DNA of 64,000 nucleotides from an uncultured Alphaproteobacteria bacterium (GTDB taxonomy: Bacteria > Pseudomonadota > Alphaproteobacteria > HIMB59 > GCA-002718135), in assembly GCA_902553945.1 (NCBI GenBank), contig CACDMT010000001.1, positions 7,239 to 71,238 of the forward strand, in the 5' to 3' direction. The notes beneath the pieces are model-generated. The model had not been told where the DNA came from. It did no database searches and worked only from the letters and a program-made list of their open reading frames with translations. The first letter of the stretch is position 1. The number at the start of each line of letters is the position of its first letter. This document shows, piece by piece, positions 11,031 through 20,207 of the stretch. The position numbers and the translations under genes were made by a program.

Positions 11031-11958
11031 TATTTTTTTTCCTTACACCATCAAAATAAACAGCTAATATTAATATAAAGCCTGGTACAATAAGTTGAAA
11101 TTCTTGAGGTATTCTCATTAAAATTATTCCATTATCAATAATTTTTAAAATTAGTATTCCTAAAATAGTTCCAATGATTGTTCCTTTACCTCCCATGAAA
11201 CTTGTACCGCCTAAAAGAACAGCGGCAATTACTATTAGTTCAAAGCCTTTTGCTGATCCTTGTTGCCCAGTATCCATTAAAGAAGCAAGAATTACTCCAG
11301 ATACTCCAACTAAAAGAGAAGTAATAACAAAACCTATAACCTTATATCTATTATTATTAATACCTGATAATTTAGCAGCATCAGGATTACTTCCAATTGA
11401 AGAGAAATATCTTCCGTATCTAGTGTAATTTAGTAAAACTACAAAGAAGGGTAAAATAAATAACATTATAACTACTGGCATTGGAATATTTAAGAAAAAA
11501 CCTTGTCCAATAAAACTAAATAATGGAATCAAATGTGTATTGTATATAGCAGCCATAGAATAAACATATACGCTGCCTTGAAGTATAAGCATCATTGCTA
11601 AAGTAGCTATCAAAGAATTTACATTTAAAACTGTTCTAACTAAACCATTGATTAAGCCAATAAAAAGACAAAATCCAAAAACTGCTATTAATCCAAGAGA
11701 AATGCTTCCTGTTATATTTATAACATCCATTACAATTACAGTAACAAATGACATTAAAGCTCCAACAGACAAATCAACTTCGCCACTTGTTAAAAGAATG
11801 GTCATTCCAAATGCAACTATCATGACTGTAGAGCTTGAACGAAGTATACTATGAATATTTTGGATACTATAAAATTGCGGATTATAAAAAGACAAAAAAA
11901 TACACAGCAATACTAGTAAACCAAAAAGTATTGATTCATTTGTTTGAAAATATTTCAT
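11023..11958 (-). CDS. Sugar ABC transporter permease (RbsC type), second subunit
   Basis: 311 aa polytopic protein with GEVDLSVGA motif. 8-bp overlap with the ATPase gene. Confidence 0.8.
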   Translation of the reverse strand: MKYFQTNESILFGLLVLLCIFLSFYNPQFYSIQNIHSILRSSSTVMIVAFGMTILLTSGEVDLSVGALMSFVTVIVMDVINITGSISLGLIAVFGFCLFIGLINGLVRTVLNVNSLIATLAMMLILQGSVYVYSMAAIYNTHLIPLFSFIGQGFFLNIPMPVVIMLFILPFFVVLLNYTRYGRYFSSIGSNPDAAKLSGINNNRYKVIGFVITSLLVGVSGVILASLMDTGQQGSAKGFELIVIAAVLLGGTSFMGGKGTIIGTILGILILKIIDNGIILMRIPQEFQLIVPGFILILAVYFDGVRKKNSG

Positions 11959-11981
11959 TGCATTTGAAATTTATGTTTAAA

Positions 11982-12008
11982 TTAAGCCTCCATAATAAGG
12001 AGGCTTAA
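11982..12008 (-). promoter_or_regulatory. Intra-operon stem-loop immediately after the binding-protein gene (attenuator / mRNA stabiliser candidate)
   Basis: Perfect 10-bp inverted repeat ttaagcctcc (11982-11991) / ggaggcttaa (11999-12008) with a 7-nt loop. It lies between the SBP stop (12021) and the permease start (11958). Only a weak U-run follows on the minus strand. Confidence 0.5.
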
Positions 12009-12020
12009 TTATTTTTAAAA

Positions 12021-13040
12021 TTACAGATCAGAAGAGTACTTAGTACACTTTGTTTCCGTTGGAATTTTAGCTACATTTTCAAAATTAATAGCTCTTTTTT
12101 GACCAGCTTTATCAAAGTCATAGTACTTAGCAAAGTTATGAACTGTTAATGCTAAAGTTGGTGTTACTTTATGTTCTGGAACATCAACACCATTAAATAA
12201 ATCAACAGCAAGATTCATTCCTGTGTAACCAACTCCTTCTGGAAACATTGCTGCTTCGACTAAGTATGGAGTTCCTTCTTTAGTCATTTCATTTAAAAAT
12301 GCTAAACCCTCTGAACCTGTACCAGCAACAACAAGATCATCTTCTGGTAATCCGGCAGCTCTCCAAGCTTGAAGGCCACCTAATGCTGATCCATCGTTTA
12401 TACCATAAATAACATTTATGTTTGAGTCAGCAGCTAGAGCTGCAGAAGCAACTTCTACTGAACTGTCAATCATACCAGAGCCATCTAGTTCATGAACTTT
12501 TACTGCATCAACATGTTGCGCAAGAGCTTCCATGAAGCCAAGAGATCTTAAAAGAGTTGCAGATAGTAATGGTAATCCTACATCCATTACTCTTGCTTGA
12601 CTTTCACCTCTTGATACAAGGATTCTTCCAACTGCATCTCCAGCTTTATAACCAGCATCATAATCACAAATAGCAAACAAGGTTGTCATACCTTTTGCAG
12701 GGTTTCCTTCAAGAACAGTTGGCATTCCTTCTGCTTTTGCTTTTCTTAAAATTGGAACAACCCCTTCTTCATTAACTGGCGTCATGATTAAAACATCAAC
12801 TCCTTTAGTCATGAAATCTTCAGCTTGTTGTGTTTGTTTATTTATATCTAAATTTGCATCCATTACTTCTAAATCAATACCTAATTCATCTGCTCTAGAT
12901 TGTAATCCGAATATAACGTTTTGATACCACTCGTGAGTACCATAGTTTACAATATAACCAATCCTTTTAGGATTAGCAGAAATTGACATAGCTAAAGATA
13001 AAGTAATAATAGCTGCTAAAAACCAACTAACTATCTTCAT
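12021..13040 (-). CDS. Periplasmic sugar-binding protein (RbsB/LacI-fold, Peripla_BP family)
   Basis: 339 aa with signal peptide MKIVSWFLAAIITLSLAMSISA. Type I periplasmic binding fold pattern. Strong GGAGG SD. First gene of the operon. Confidence 0.8.
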   Translation of the reverse strand: MKIVSWFLAAIITLSLAMSISANPKRIGYIVNYGTHEWYQNVIFGLQSRADELGIDLEVMDANLDINKQTQQAEDFMTKGVDVLIMTPVNEEGVVPILRKAKAEGMPTVLEGNPAKGMTTLFAICDYDAGYKAGDAVGRILVSRGESQARVMDVGLPLLSATLLRSLGFMEALAQHVDAVKVHELDGSGMIDSSVEVASAALAADSNINVIYGINDGSALGGLQAWRAAGLPEDDLVVAGTGSEGLAFLNEMTKEGTPYLVEAAMFPEGVGYTGMNLAVDLFNGVDVPEHKVTPTLALTVHNFAKYYDFDKAGQKRAINFENVAKIPTETKCTKYSSDL

Positions 13041-13208
13041 TTAATCCTCCCTTTTAAATTTTACATCATATTATGATATTATCTGCATATGTAAACCCTA
13101 TTTTTACATATAAACAAAATGTTCATATTTGAATTATTAACATATTAGTTACTTGTTTTATTAGTGTTTATATGTAACAATATTTAGAAATAATTAAGAA
13201 GTATTATT

Positions 13209-14183
13209 ATGTTTTTAGTAACTGGTGGAACAGGATTTATTGGTAAAAGAGTTGTAGCACAATTATTACAGAAGAATATTCAAGTCATAGCTACAGATAT
13301 TAATACTAAAAATGAAATGGACAGTTTTGAAAAATATTTATCTGTTAAAGGTGTTTCAATTAAAGACTTAGAGTTATTAGAATTAGATATTTCTTCCAAA
13401 CAAGATTTAAATAATATTTTTAAAAATTATAAAATCTCAAACATTATTGCTTGTGGATATCAAATGAGTAATCTTATTGATAACAATCCAATTCAGGGTG
13501 CTGAGGTAAATATAGTTGGAATGACAAATTTATTCCAGGCTGTTTTAGATAACAAAATTCATAGAATGATTTTTCCAAGTAGTCAAAGTGTATACGGTAC
13601 ATCATCAAAATTATTTAATGATCAACCAGTATATGAGGATGATTATTGTGGGCTTCAACATCAATTATTTACATATGCAGTTATGAAATTATTAAACGAA
13701 TTTATGGCTCAAAAATATGTCTCAATGCATAACGTTAGTATTGCGTGTACAAGACCCTCGGTTGTTTTTGGTTATGGAAGAAAACGCAGTTCATTAATGT
13801 GGGCTGAAGAGTTTGCTACAAATCCTGCATTAGGAAAACCCGTTCATTTACCCTTCCCTGAGTCAAACAAAGATAATTATATATATGTAGAAGATTGTGC
13901 AGAGCAATTTATTGAATTGAGTTTAAAAGAAAAATTGAATCATTTTGTTTATAACACTGGCTCAGAAACTGTTTCAGGAACTGAATTAAAACAAATAATT
14001 AATGAATTGATTCCAAATGCAGAAATAACTTTTGATGAAAATGGAAAACCAACACCTTTTATTGATGATCAAAATGATCAACGCATTCGAAAAGAATTAT
14101 CATTTGTTCCAAAAAGTCTTAAAGAGGGAATAAGAGCTCACATGAACGAAGCAAGAATTGCGAATAATTTAAACCCAATATAA
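13209..14183 (+). CDS. NAD-dependent epimerase/dehydratase family protein
   Basis: 324 aa. N-terminal VTGGTGFIGKRV Rossmann motif and YAVMK (YxxxK) catalytic motif. Confidence 0.75.
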   Translation: MFLVTGGTGFIGKRVVAQLLQKNIQVIATDINTKNEMDSFEKYLSVKGVSIKDLELLELDISSKQDLNNIFKNYKISNIIACGYQMSNLIDNNPIQGAEVNIVGMTNLFQAVLDNKIHRMIFPSSQSVYGTSSKLFNDQPVYEDDYCGLQHQLFTYAVMKLLNEFMAQKYVSMHNVSIACTRPSVVFGYGRKRSSLMWAEEFATNPALGKPVHLPFPESNKDNYIYVEDCAEQFIELSLKEKLNHFVYNTGSETVSGTELKQIINELIPNAEITFDENGKPTPFIDDQNDQRIRKELSFVPKSLKEGIRAHMNEARIANNLNPI

Positions 14184-14194
14184 AAAGGAAGAGT

Positions 14195-15232
14195 ATGTTA
14201 AAAACTACAACTGTTGGAAGCTATCCAAGAAAAGATAAACCAAAAGATACATTAAGGAAACCTACAGTTAGTGAAAAAGAAGCTCTAGATATGGTTCAGT
14301 GGGCTGTTGAAGACCAGTGTAATATTGGTCTAGATTATATTACTGATGGTGAATCATATAGAGAAAATATGTATTGGTTCTATCAATTAAGAATTGATGG
14401 AGTAGATAGTGAAAATAAAAAATATAAACAATTTACAGTTGGGGGATCTACTGAAAATGTTGATTTATCTAAAGCTCATCCTTTAGTAAAAGAAAAAGGT
14501 GGATTTGGTATAGAGTGTGCAGTTGTAAATGATGAAATAAAAAATCAGAAATGGAATTTAGCTTCAAAATGGAAGAAGGCTCAAGATACTGCTGGTGACA
14601 GAGCTGTTGTAAAACAAACAATTACTGGACCTCATATGCTATCAAGATTTTCTGTTAACGAAAGAACTGATTTATATAGAAATGATACTGAATTGGCTTA
14701 TGCTTATGGTAAATGTATAAAAGACGAAATTGATCAATTACAACAATTAGGTTGTGAGAGAATTCAATTCGATGAACCTGTACTTACTGAATCTCCGGAT
14801 GAATGTGTATGGGCTGCTGATGTAATTAATGATATTGTTGATACATTTCCAAATATGTATTTTAGCCTTCATATATGTGGAGGAAACGCACATAGAAAAC
14901 GAGGTTATTTTGGAAAATATGATGATATGGTAGATGGTCTTAAAAAACTTAAAGTGCAAGAATTACATTTAGAACATTGTACTCTTCATTATAGTATGCT
15001 GGATGTTTTTGAAAAATATGATTTTAAAGGAAATATATCTTTTGGAGTTGTTGATCAAAGAACAGATGAACTTGAAAGTGTAGAAGAAGTTCATAAAAGA
15101 ATTAAGCCTGTTATTGAAAAGTTTGGAGCTGATAGAATTATTTTATCTAGTGAATGTGGCTTTGGTCACGTTCCTCTTGAAATTACTAGAGCAAAATTAT
15201 CAAGATTAGTTGAAGCTGCAAAAAAATATTAA
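14195..15232 (+). CDS. Stand-alone MetE C-terminal-domain-like protein (Meth_synt_2 / core-MetE family, Zn methyltransferase fold)
   Basis: 345 aa. TTVGSYPR N-terminus, ITDGE, LHICGGN and SSECGFGH motifs matching the His/Cys/Glu/Cys zinc site of cobalamin-independent methionine synthase catalytic domains. Confidence 0.7.
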   Translation: MLKTTTVGSYPRKDKPKDTLRKPTVSEKEALDMVQWAVEDQCNIGLDYITDGESYRENMYWFYQLRIDGVDSENKKYKQFTVGGSTENVDLSKAHPLVKEKGGFGIECAVVNDEIKNQKWNLASKWKKAQDTAGDRAVVKQTITGPHMLSRFSVNERTDLYRNDTELAYAYGKCIKDEIDQLQQLGCERIQFDEPVLTESPDECVWAADVINDIVDTFPNMYFSLHICGGNAHRKRGYFGKYDDMVDGLKKLKVQELHLEHCTLHYSMLDVFEKYDFKGNISFGVVDQRTDELESVEEVHKRIKPVIEKFGADRIILSSECGFGHVPLEITRAKLSRLVEAAKKY

Positions 15233-16228
15233 TTATGGAGTTAAAATAATTTTTGGTGAAATTGATTTTCCTTTATTAATAAAGTCAAAAATTTTTTGTC
15301 CATTTTTTAATTTTGCAAAACTTTTCCATGAGAAACTTCCTAATTTATTTTTACTTATCATAATTAAGGAATTTTTAAATTCTTGTTTAGTATATGCATA
15401 AGATCCAATTAATTGGATCTCATTTCTAGTAAGTTTTAAAAAATTTATACCATTATTTATTTCTGATAAACCAATATGTATTATTAAGCCCCCAGATTTT
15501 ATTAAATTAAGTGATTGCTTTCTTGAGTCTTTTGATCCAACAGCATCGTAAATAATATCAAATTTTTGTTTTAATAATTTTTTTTGATGAGGTTGGAATA
15601 TAGATGCTTTAGTATGCTTTTTAGATATTTCTAGTTTTTTAAGATTAAAATCAACTATATTTAACTTATTAATTTTTTTTGATCTTAATATTAAAGCAGT
15701 CAATAAACCAATAGAACCAGCTCCAATGATTAACAAATTTAATTTTGCTAAATTTTGATCAGTGTGTTTTTGGGATAAGTTAACAGCATGAAGAGCAACT
15801 GCTGTTGGTTCAATTAAAGTAAAATTATAAATGTTATTAGTTTTTGGAATATATGAAACATTACTTCTAGGTATAGATAATAATTCTGCAAATCCTCCAT
15901 TTTTTTTTATTGGTTTGGTCATGCCAATCATAGAAAGTTTAGAACATAAATGGTCCAAATTTTTCTTACAATTTTCACATTTGCTACATGAAATTATTGG
16001 GTTTATTGCACAATATTTATTTTTTTGTAAATCAATTCCAATAACTTCGTGACCAAGAATTATAGGTGGTTTTTTTTTAACTTTATCTAAACCATTAAAA
16101 GCATGCATGTCTGAGCCACAAATTCCAGTAGCTAAAACTTTAATAAGTATTTCATTTTTTTTAAGCTTTGGTTTTGAAACTGTTTTATATGTGAGTTTTT
16201 TTGTAGAAGAAAAGACAAGCGCTTTCAT
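15233..16228 (-). CDS. Zn-dependent alcohol/polyol dehydrogenase (MDR family)
   Basis: 331 aa. GICGSDMH catalytic Zn motif, structural Zn cluster CSKCENCKKNLDHLC, GAGSIGL Rossmann motif. Confidence 0.8.
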   Translation of the reverse strand: MKALVFSSTKKLTYKTVSKPKLKKNEILIKVLATGICGSDMHAFNGLDKVKKKPPIILGHEVIGIDLQKNKYCAINPIISCSKCENCKKNLDHLCSKLSMIGMTKPIKKNGGFAELLSIPRSNVSYIPKTNNIYNFTLIEPTAVALHAVNLSQKHTDQNLAKLNLLIIGAGSIGLLTALILRSKKINKLNIVDFNLKKLEISKKHTKASIFQPHQKKLLKQKFDIIYDAVGSKDSRKQSLNLIKSGGLIIHIGLSEINNGINFLKLTRNEIQLIGSYAYTKQEFKNSLIMISKNKLGSFSWKSFAKLKNGQKIFDFINKGKSISPKIILTP

Positions 16229-16236
16229 AAAAATCT

Positions 16237-17334
16237 CTAAAAAATTGTTTTTTCAGTCTCCGCGTCAAAAAAATGTACTTTATTTGAGTCAATCTGAAAG
16301 TTAATTTTGTCTCCTACTTTTACATCCTTAGGATTATACATTCTGCTAATTATTTCTTTGTTTTTTATTGTAAAAAATAATTGAGTCTCTGTACCTAATG
16401 GCTCAGCTAAATTTATAGATTTTTGAAAACACCAGTTGCTATTAGTATAGTCACTCGTTTCTTTAGGCATAATATCCTCCGCTCTTATACCTAAATAAAT
16501 TTTATTTTTATTTTCTAATGAACTTTGAATTTTTTGAGGGCATTCTAGATTAATTTCATCATCTATTTTTATAATTAATTTATTTTCTTTTCTTATTACA
16601 TCGCCCTCAATAATATTCATTGGCGGACTTCCTATAAAAGTAGCAACAAATATATTTGCTGGCTTAGTAAAAACTTCAATAGGTGATCCAATTTGTTCAA
16701 TATAGCCATCTTTCATAATTATTATTCTATCAGCTAACGTCATAGCTTCAACTTGATCATGGGTAACATATATGATTGTTGTTTTAAGTTTTTGATGAAG
16801 TTTTTTAATTTCAGTTCTCATTTGTGTACGAAGTTTGGCATCTAAATTTGATAAAGGTTCATCAAATAAAAAAGCGTCAGGTCGTCTAACAATAGCTCTT
16901 CCCATTGCTACTCTCTGTCTTTGACCTCCAGATAATTGAGATGGCTTTCTTTTTCTTAACTCTTCTAAACCTAGTATCTGAACTGCATCTCTTACTCTTT
17001 TTTCAATTTCTTCTTTTTCAACTTTTGCAATTTTTAAACTAAATCCTAGATTTTCCTCTACAGTCATATGAGGATAAAGTGCGTAATTTTGAAAAACCAT
17101 CGATACATTTCTATCTTTAGGATCTTTTTCATTAACTAATTGATCTCTAATAAAAATCTCACCTCCACTAATTTCCTCTAATCCAGCAATCATTCTAAGT
17201 GTTGTAGATTTTCCACAACCTGAAGGCCCTACCAAAACTAAAAATTCATTATCTGAAATTGTTAAGTTCATGTTTTGAACAGCTATAACTTCACCATATT
17301 TCTTTGTTAAATTTTTTAGTTCAACTTTAGCCAT
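16237..17334 (-). CDS. Sugar ABC transporter ATP-binding protein (MalK/UgpC type)
   Basis: 365 aa. Walker A GPSGCGKST, signature LSGGQRQR, Walker B FLFDEPLS, C-terminal TOBE-like regulatory domain. Confidence 0.9.
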   Translation of the reverse strand: MAKVELKNLTKKYGEVIAVQNMNLTISDNEFLVLVGPSGCGKSTTLRMIAGLEEISGGEIFIRDQLVNEKDPKDRNVSMVFQNYALYPHMTVEENLGFSLKIAKVEKEEIEKRVRDAVQILGLEELRKRKPSQLSGGQRQRVAMGRAIVRRPDAFLFDEPLSNLDAKLRTQMRTEIKKLHQKLKTTIIYVTHDQVEAMTLADRIIIMKDGYIEQIGSPIEVFTKPANIFVATFIGSPPMNIIEGDVIRKENKLIIKIDDEINLECPQKIQSSLENKNKIYLGIRAEDIMPKETSDYTNSNWCFQKSINLAEPLGTETQLFFTIKNKEIISRMYNPKDVKVGDKINFQIDSNKVHFFDAETEKTIF

Positions 17335-17335
17335 A

Positions 17336-18175
17336 TTACCCTTTCACTCCTCCAAAAGTTAGCCCAGAAACCAAATGTTTTTGAACAATAAATGTTAGTA
17401 TCAACGCAGGTACGATCATGACTACAGCTATAGCACACATACCAGCCCAATTAATTGTAAATTCATCAAGATAATCCATCATTCCAATTGGTAAAGTTTT
17501 AGAATGAACAGTTCTAGTAATTATTGAAGCTAATGCGTATTCGTTCCATGAAAGTAGAAATGCAAAAATTGCTGCAGCTCCGATACCAGGCCCGGCAAGA
17601 GGTAATTCTACATTCCAAAAAGCTTGAAGTCTTGTGCATCCGTCTGTTCTGGCTACTTCAGACATTTCTTTTGGTATTTGTCTAAAAAAACCATCAGTTA
17701 ACCATATTGTGAAGGGAACATTCATTGCGACATAAACCAAAATAACTCCAAAAGATGTATTGATGATACCAAGTTTGGCAAATAATATAAATAAAGGTAA
17801 ACTTAGAGAAATTCCTGGTACAGCCCTGGCCAGCATTAGACCTAAAAATATTTTATTTTTACCTCTAAAGTTAAATCTTGCAAAAGCGTAACCGCCCATC
17901 ATGCCTATAGTAATAGCTATTACAGTACTAACAGATGATATAATTATAGAATTCATTAGATACTTAAAGGCAGGAACTGAAACATAACCATTAATACTAA
18001 ACATCTGAGTAAATTGATGAATTGTCCACCTGTCAGGAATCCAATTAGCAGGTTTTGATAAAATTTCTGGATTAGGCCTAAAGGCACTTACAAAAATCCA
18101 AATTCCTGGAAGACATATGAGTATTAGTAAAAAAAGGACTAAAAACCAAAAACTAATTTTTTTTATATGTTTCAT
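17336..18175 (-). CDS. ABC transporter permease (MalG type)
   Basis: 279 aa, 6 TM segments, EAA-type loop EVARTDGCTRLQAFWNVELPLAGPG. Confidence 0.85.
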   Translation of the reverse strand: MKHIKKISFWFLVLFLLILICLPGIWIFVSAFRPNPEILSKPANWIPDRWTIHQFTQMFSINGYVSVPAFKYLMNSIIISSVSTVIAITIGMMGGYAFARFNFRGKNKIFLGLMLARAVPGISLSLPLFILFAKLGIINTSFGVILVYVAMNVPFTIWLTDGFFRQIPKEMSEVARTDGCTRLQAFWNVELPLAGPGIGAAAIFAFLLSWNEYALASIITRTVHSKTLPIGMMDYLDEFTINWAGMCAIAVVMIVPALILTFIVQKHLVSGLTFGGVKG

Positions 18176-19065
18176 TATTGTTGTCCCAATTCTCTTCTAG
18201 CAGCTACAAGTTTTGTGAAGAAATAATAAGTAAAAGCAATAGATAAAATAATTGATACATAGGACATTGCATTTGCAAAGCCCATATTTGCATCTTTATA
18301 TCCGATCCTAGCAATCATAGTCCAAAGCAATTCAGTTCTCATAGCTGGACCTCCACCAGTCATAATGTGAACAATATCATAAGCTCTACCAACATCTAAA
18401 GATCTTATTGTTAAAGCAATAAAAACAAATGGCATTAGAAATGGTAAAGTAATGTTTTTAAAAACTTGCCAACTATTACAACCATCAACTCTTGCTGCTT
18501 CAATGGGATCTCGCGGAATTCCCAAAAGACCAGCTAATAATAAAATAGCAAAAATAGATGTATTTGCCCATATTTCCGCAACCATTATTGACCCCATTGC
18601 TAAGTACTTATCAATTAACCAAGGAATTGCAGACTCATAACCAAATAGATACAAAAAATTATTTAACAAACCTATGTTGTCATTAAAAATATATTTCCAT
18701 TGAAAACCAACTAAAATTGGAGAAAACATCATAGGAAACATCATAATTGTTCTTAAAGTTCTTTGGCCCCATGTTATTTTGTTAATTAACAATGCAATAC
18801 CAAGTCCAAATAACAATTCTAAATTAAGCACAACTGCTAAAAATAAAATAGTTCTACCAAAAGCATACCAAAACTTAGTATTATCTATTAATCTTTCATA
18901 ATTTCTGAAACCAACAAAATTAAAAAGGCTATCAGGTCTTGTAAGTTTATATGATGTAAAGCTGGTATAAAAAGAAAAAATTAGTGGTATTATTATTACA
19001 AACCCAATTGCCAATATAGAAGGCAAAAGTAGCATTATGGGGCTTCTTAAAATATTTCTGCCCAT
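18175..19065 (-). CDS. ABC transporter permease (MalF/UgpA type)
   Basis: 296 aa, EAA-type loop IEAARVDGCNSWQVFKNITLPFLMP. 1-bp overlap with the downstream permease. Confidence 0.85.
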   Translation of the reverse strand: MGRNILRSPIMLLLPSILAIGFVIIIPLIFSFYTSFTSYKLTRPDSLFNFVGFRNYERLIDNTKFWYAFGRTILFLAVVLNLELLFGLGIALLINKITWGQRTLRTIMMFPMMFSPILVGFQWKYIFNDNIGLLNNFLYLFGYESAIPWLIDKYLAMGSIMVAEIWANTSIFAILLLAGLLGIPRDPIEAARVDGCNSWQVFKNITLPFLMPFVFIALTIRSLDVGRAYDIVHIMTGGGPAMRTELLWTMIARIGYKDANMGFANAMSYVSIILSIAFTYYFFTKLVAARRELGQQ

Positions 19066-19068
19066 TAA

Positions 19069-20148
19069 TTATGAAACATAATCTATTTTTAATCCACCTG
19101 ATTGACTTGAGATACCGCAAGTATCAACAAGTGCCATAGTGTGAATTGAGTCATCAACAGATGTTATTAATTTATCATCTTCTCCATTTTTAAACCTTTG
19201 CATATTTGCCATTACTCCAATGAATGCATCTGGAAACCATTTACCTTGTATGTCAAATTTTATCCAATCAGTTCCCTCAGTAATAATTTCTAATTCTTCT
19301 GGCTCTCCATTTGGATAGTCTAATAATAAACCCAATTTCATTTTAACTGCTCCTTTGGTGCCCTCTAAACGTATATAAGCATCTTGATTTTTTCTTCCAA
19401 AACTATGAGTATGATTAATTGTCATACAACATCGAATTTGATCTCCGTAATTAAATATTGCACTTGTTCTACAATCAGCAAGTTCTTTTACTTTAGGATG
19501 TTTTACTGATTGGCAATAAAGACCTGTAGGATTTCCTAAAACAGAACGTATCCAATCAATATAATGAATAGAATGGAGTGGCACTTCAACTCGGTCTAAA
19601 GTTTTTAGAAAAGGCCATAACTCCCATGGTGTATGAACATTTACAAAAACTTCTAGCTCTACTAATTCACCCAAAAGATTTTGTCTAATTGCTTCATAAA
19701 CTGGGAGGGAAATTGGACTAAAACGTAATTGAAAATTCATACAAGCTTTGATATTTTTTTGATGACAAATTTTCCTAATTTTACTTCCTTCTTCTAGAGA
19801 TCTTCCTAGTGGTTTTTGAAAAACAGCATAAATATTATCAGGAAGTTTTTCGACAACCTCTAGTAAATTTGCTGGTGGTAACGCTAAATCAAACACACAA
19901 TTTTTATTTTGAAAACAATCATCAAATGAATCAAATACTTTATTAATACCAAATTCTTTAGCCAAACTTTTGGCTTTTTCTTTATCAACATCAAATAATC
20001 CTTCAACTTTTAAACCAGCTTTTTTGTATGCTGGAAGATGGGCATCTTTTACTATCCCTCCAGTACCTATAATTATAATTGGGCTTAATGTACTAGGCAT
20101 CGGCCAAGTTTGACTAAAATTTTTAATAATTTTTTCTTGATCTGTCAT
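19069..20148 (-). CDS. Gfo/Idh/MocA-family NAD(P)-dependent oxidoreductase
   Basis: 359 aa. N-terminal Rossmann-like IIIIGTGGIVKDAHLPAY and FQKPLG segment typical of this sugar dehydrogenase family. Confidence 0.65.
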   Translation of the reverse strand: MTDQEKIIKNFSQTWPMPSTLSPIIIIGTGGIVKDAHLPAYKKAGLKVEGLFDVDKEKAKSLAKEFGINKVFDSFDDCFQNKNCVFDLALPPANLLEVVEKLPDNIYAVFQKPLGRSLEEGSKIRKICHQKNIKACMNFQLRFSPISLPVYEAIRQNLLGELVELEVFVNVHTPWELWPFLKTLDRVEVPLHSIHYIDWIRSVLGNPTGLYCQSVKHPKVKELADCRTSAIFNYGDQIRCCMTINHTHSFGRKNQDAYIRLEGTKGAVKMKLGLLLDYPNGEPEELEIITEGTDWIKFDIQGKWFPDAFIGVMANMQRFKNGEDDKLITSVDDSIHTMALVDTCGISSQSGGLKIDYVS

Positions 20149-20167
20149 GTTAAAGAATAAATTTTTT

Positions 20168-20197
20168 AACTACCCCTCATTTACATGAGGAGTAGTT
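20168..20197 (-). promoter_or_regulatory. Stem-loop immediately after the binding-protein gene (intra-operon attenuator / stabiliser candidate)
   Basis: 13-bp inverted repeat aactacccctcat (20168-20180) / atgaggagtagtt (20185-20197) with one mismatch and a 4-nt loop. It lies between the SBP stop (20208) and the next gene start (20148). No U-tract follows. Confidence 0.45.
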
Positions 20198-20207
20198 TTG
20201 CAAGAGA

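Noticed and set aside
15210-15401. 63-aa plus-strand ORF overlapping the 3' ends of the core-MetE-like gene and the convergent Zn-ADH.
   Set aside because: It lies almost wholly antisense to the ADH C-terminus (which is conserved-looking), has no motif content, and starts inside the upstream gene.
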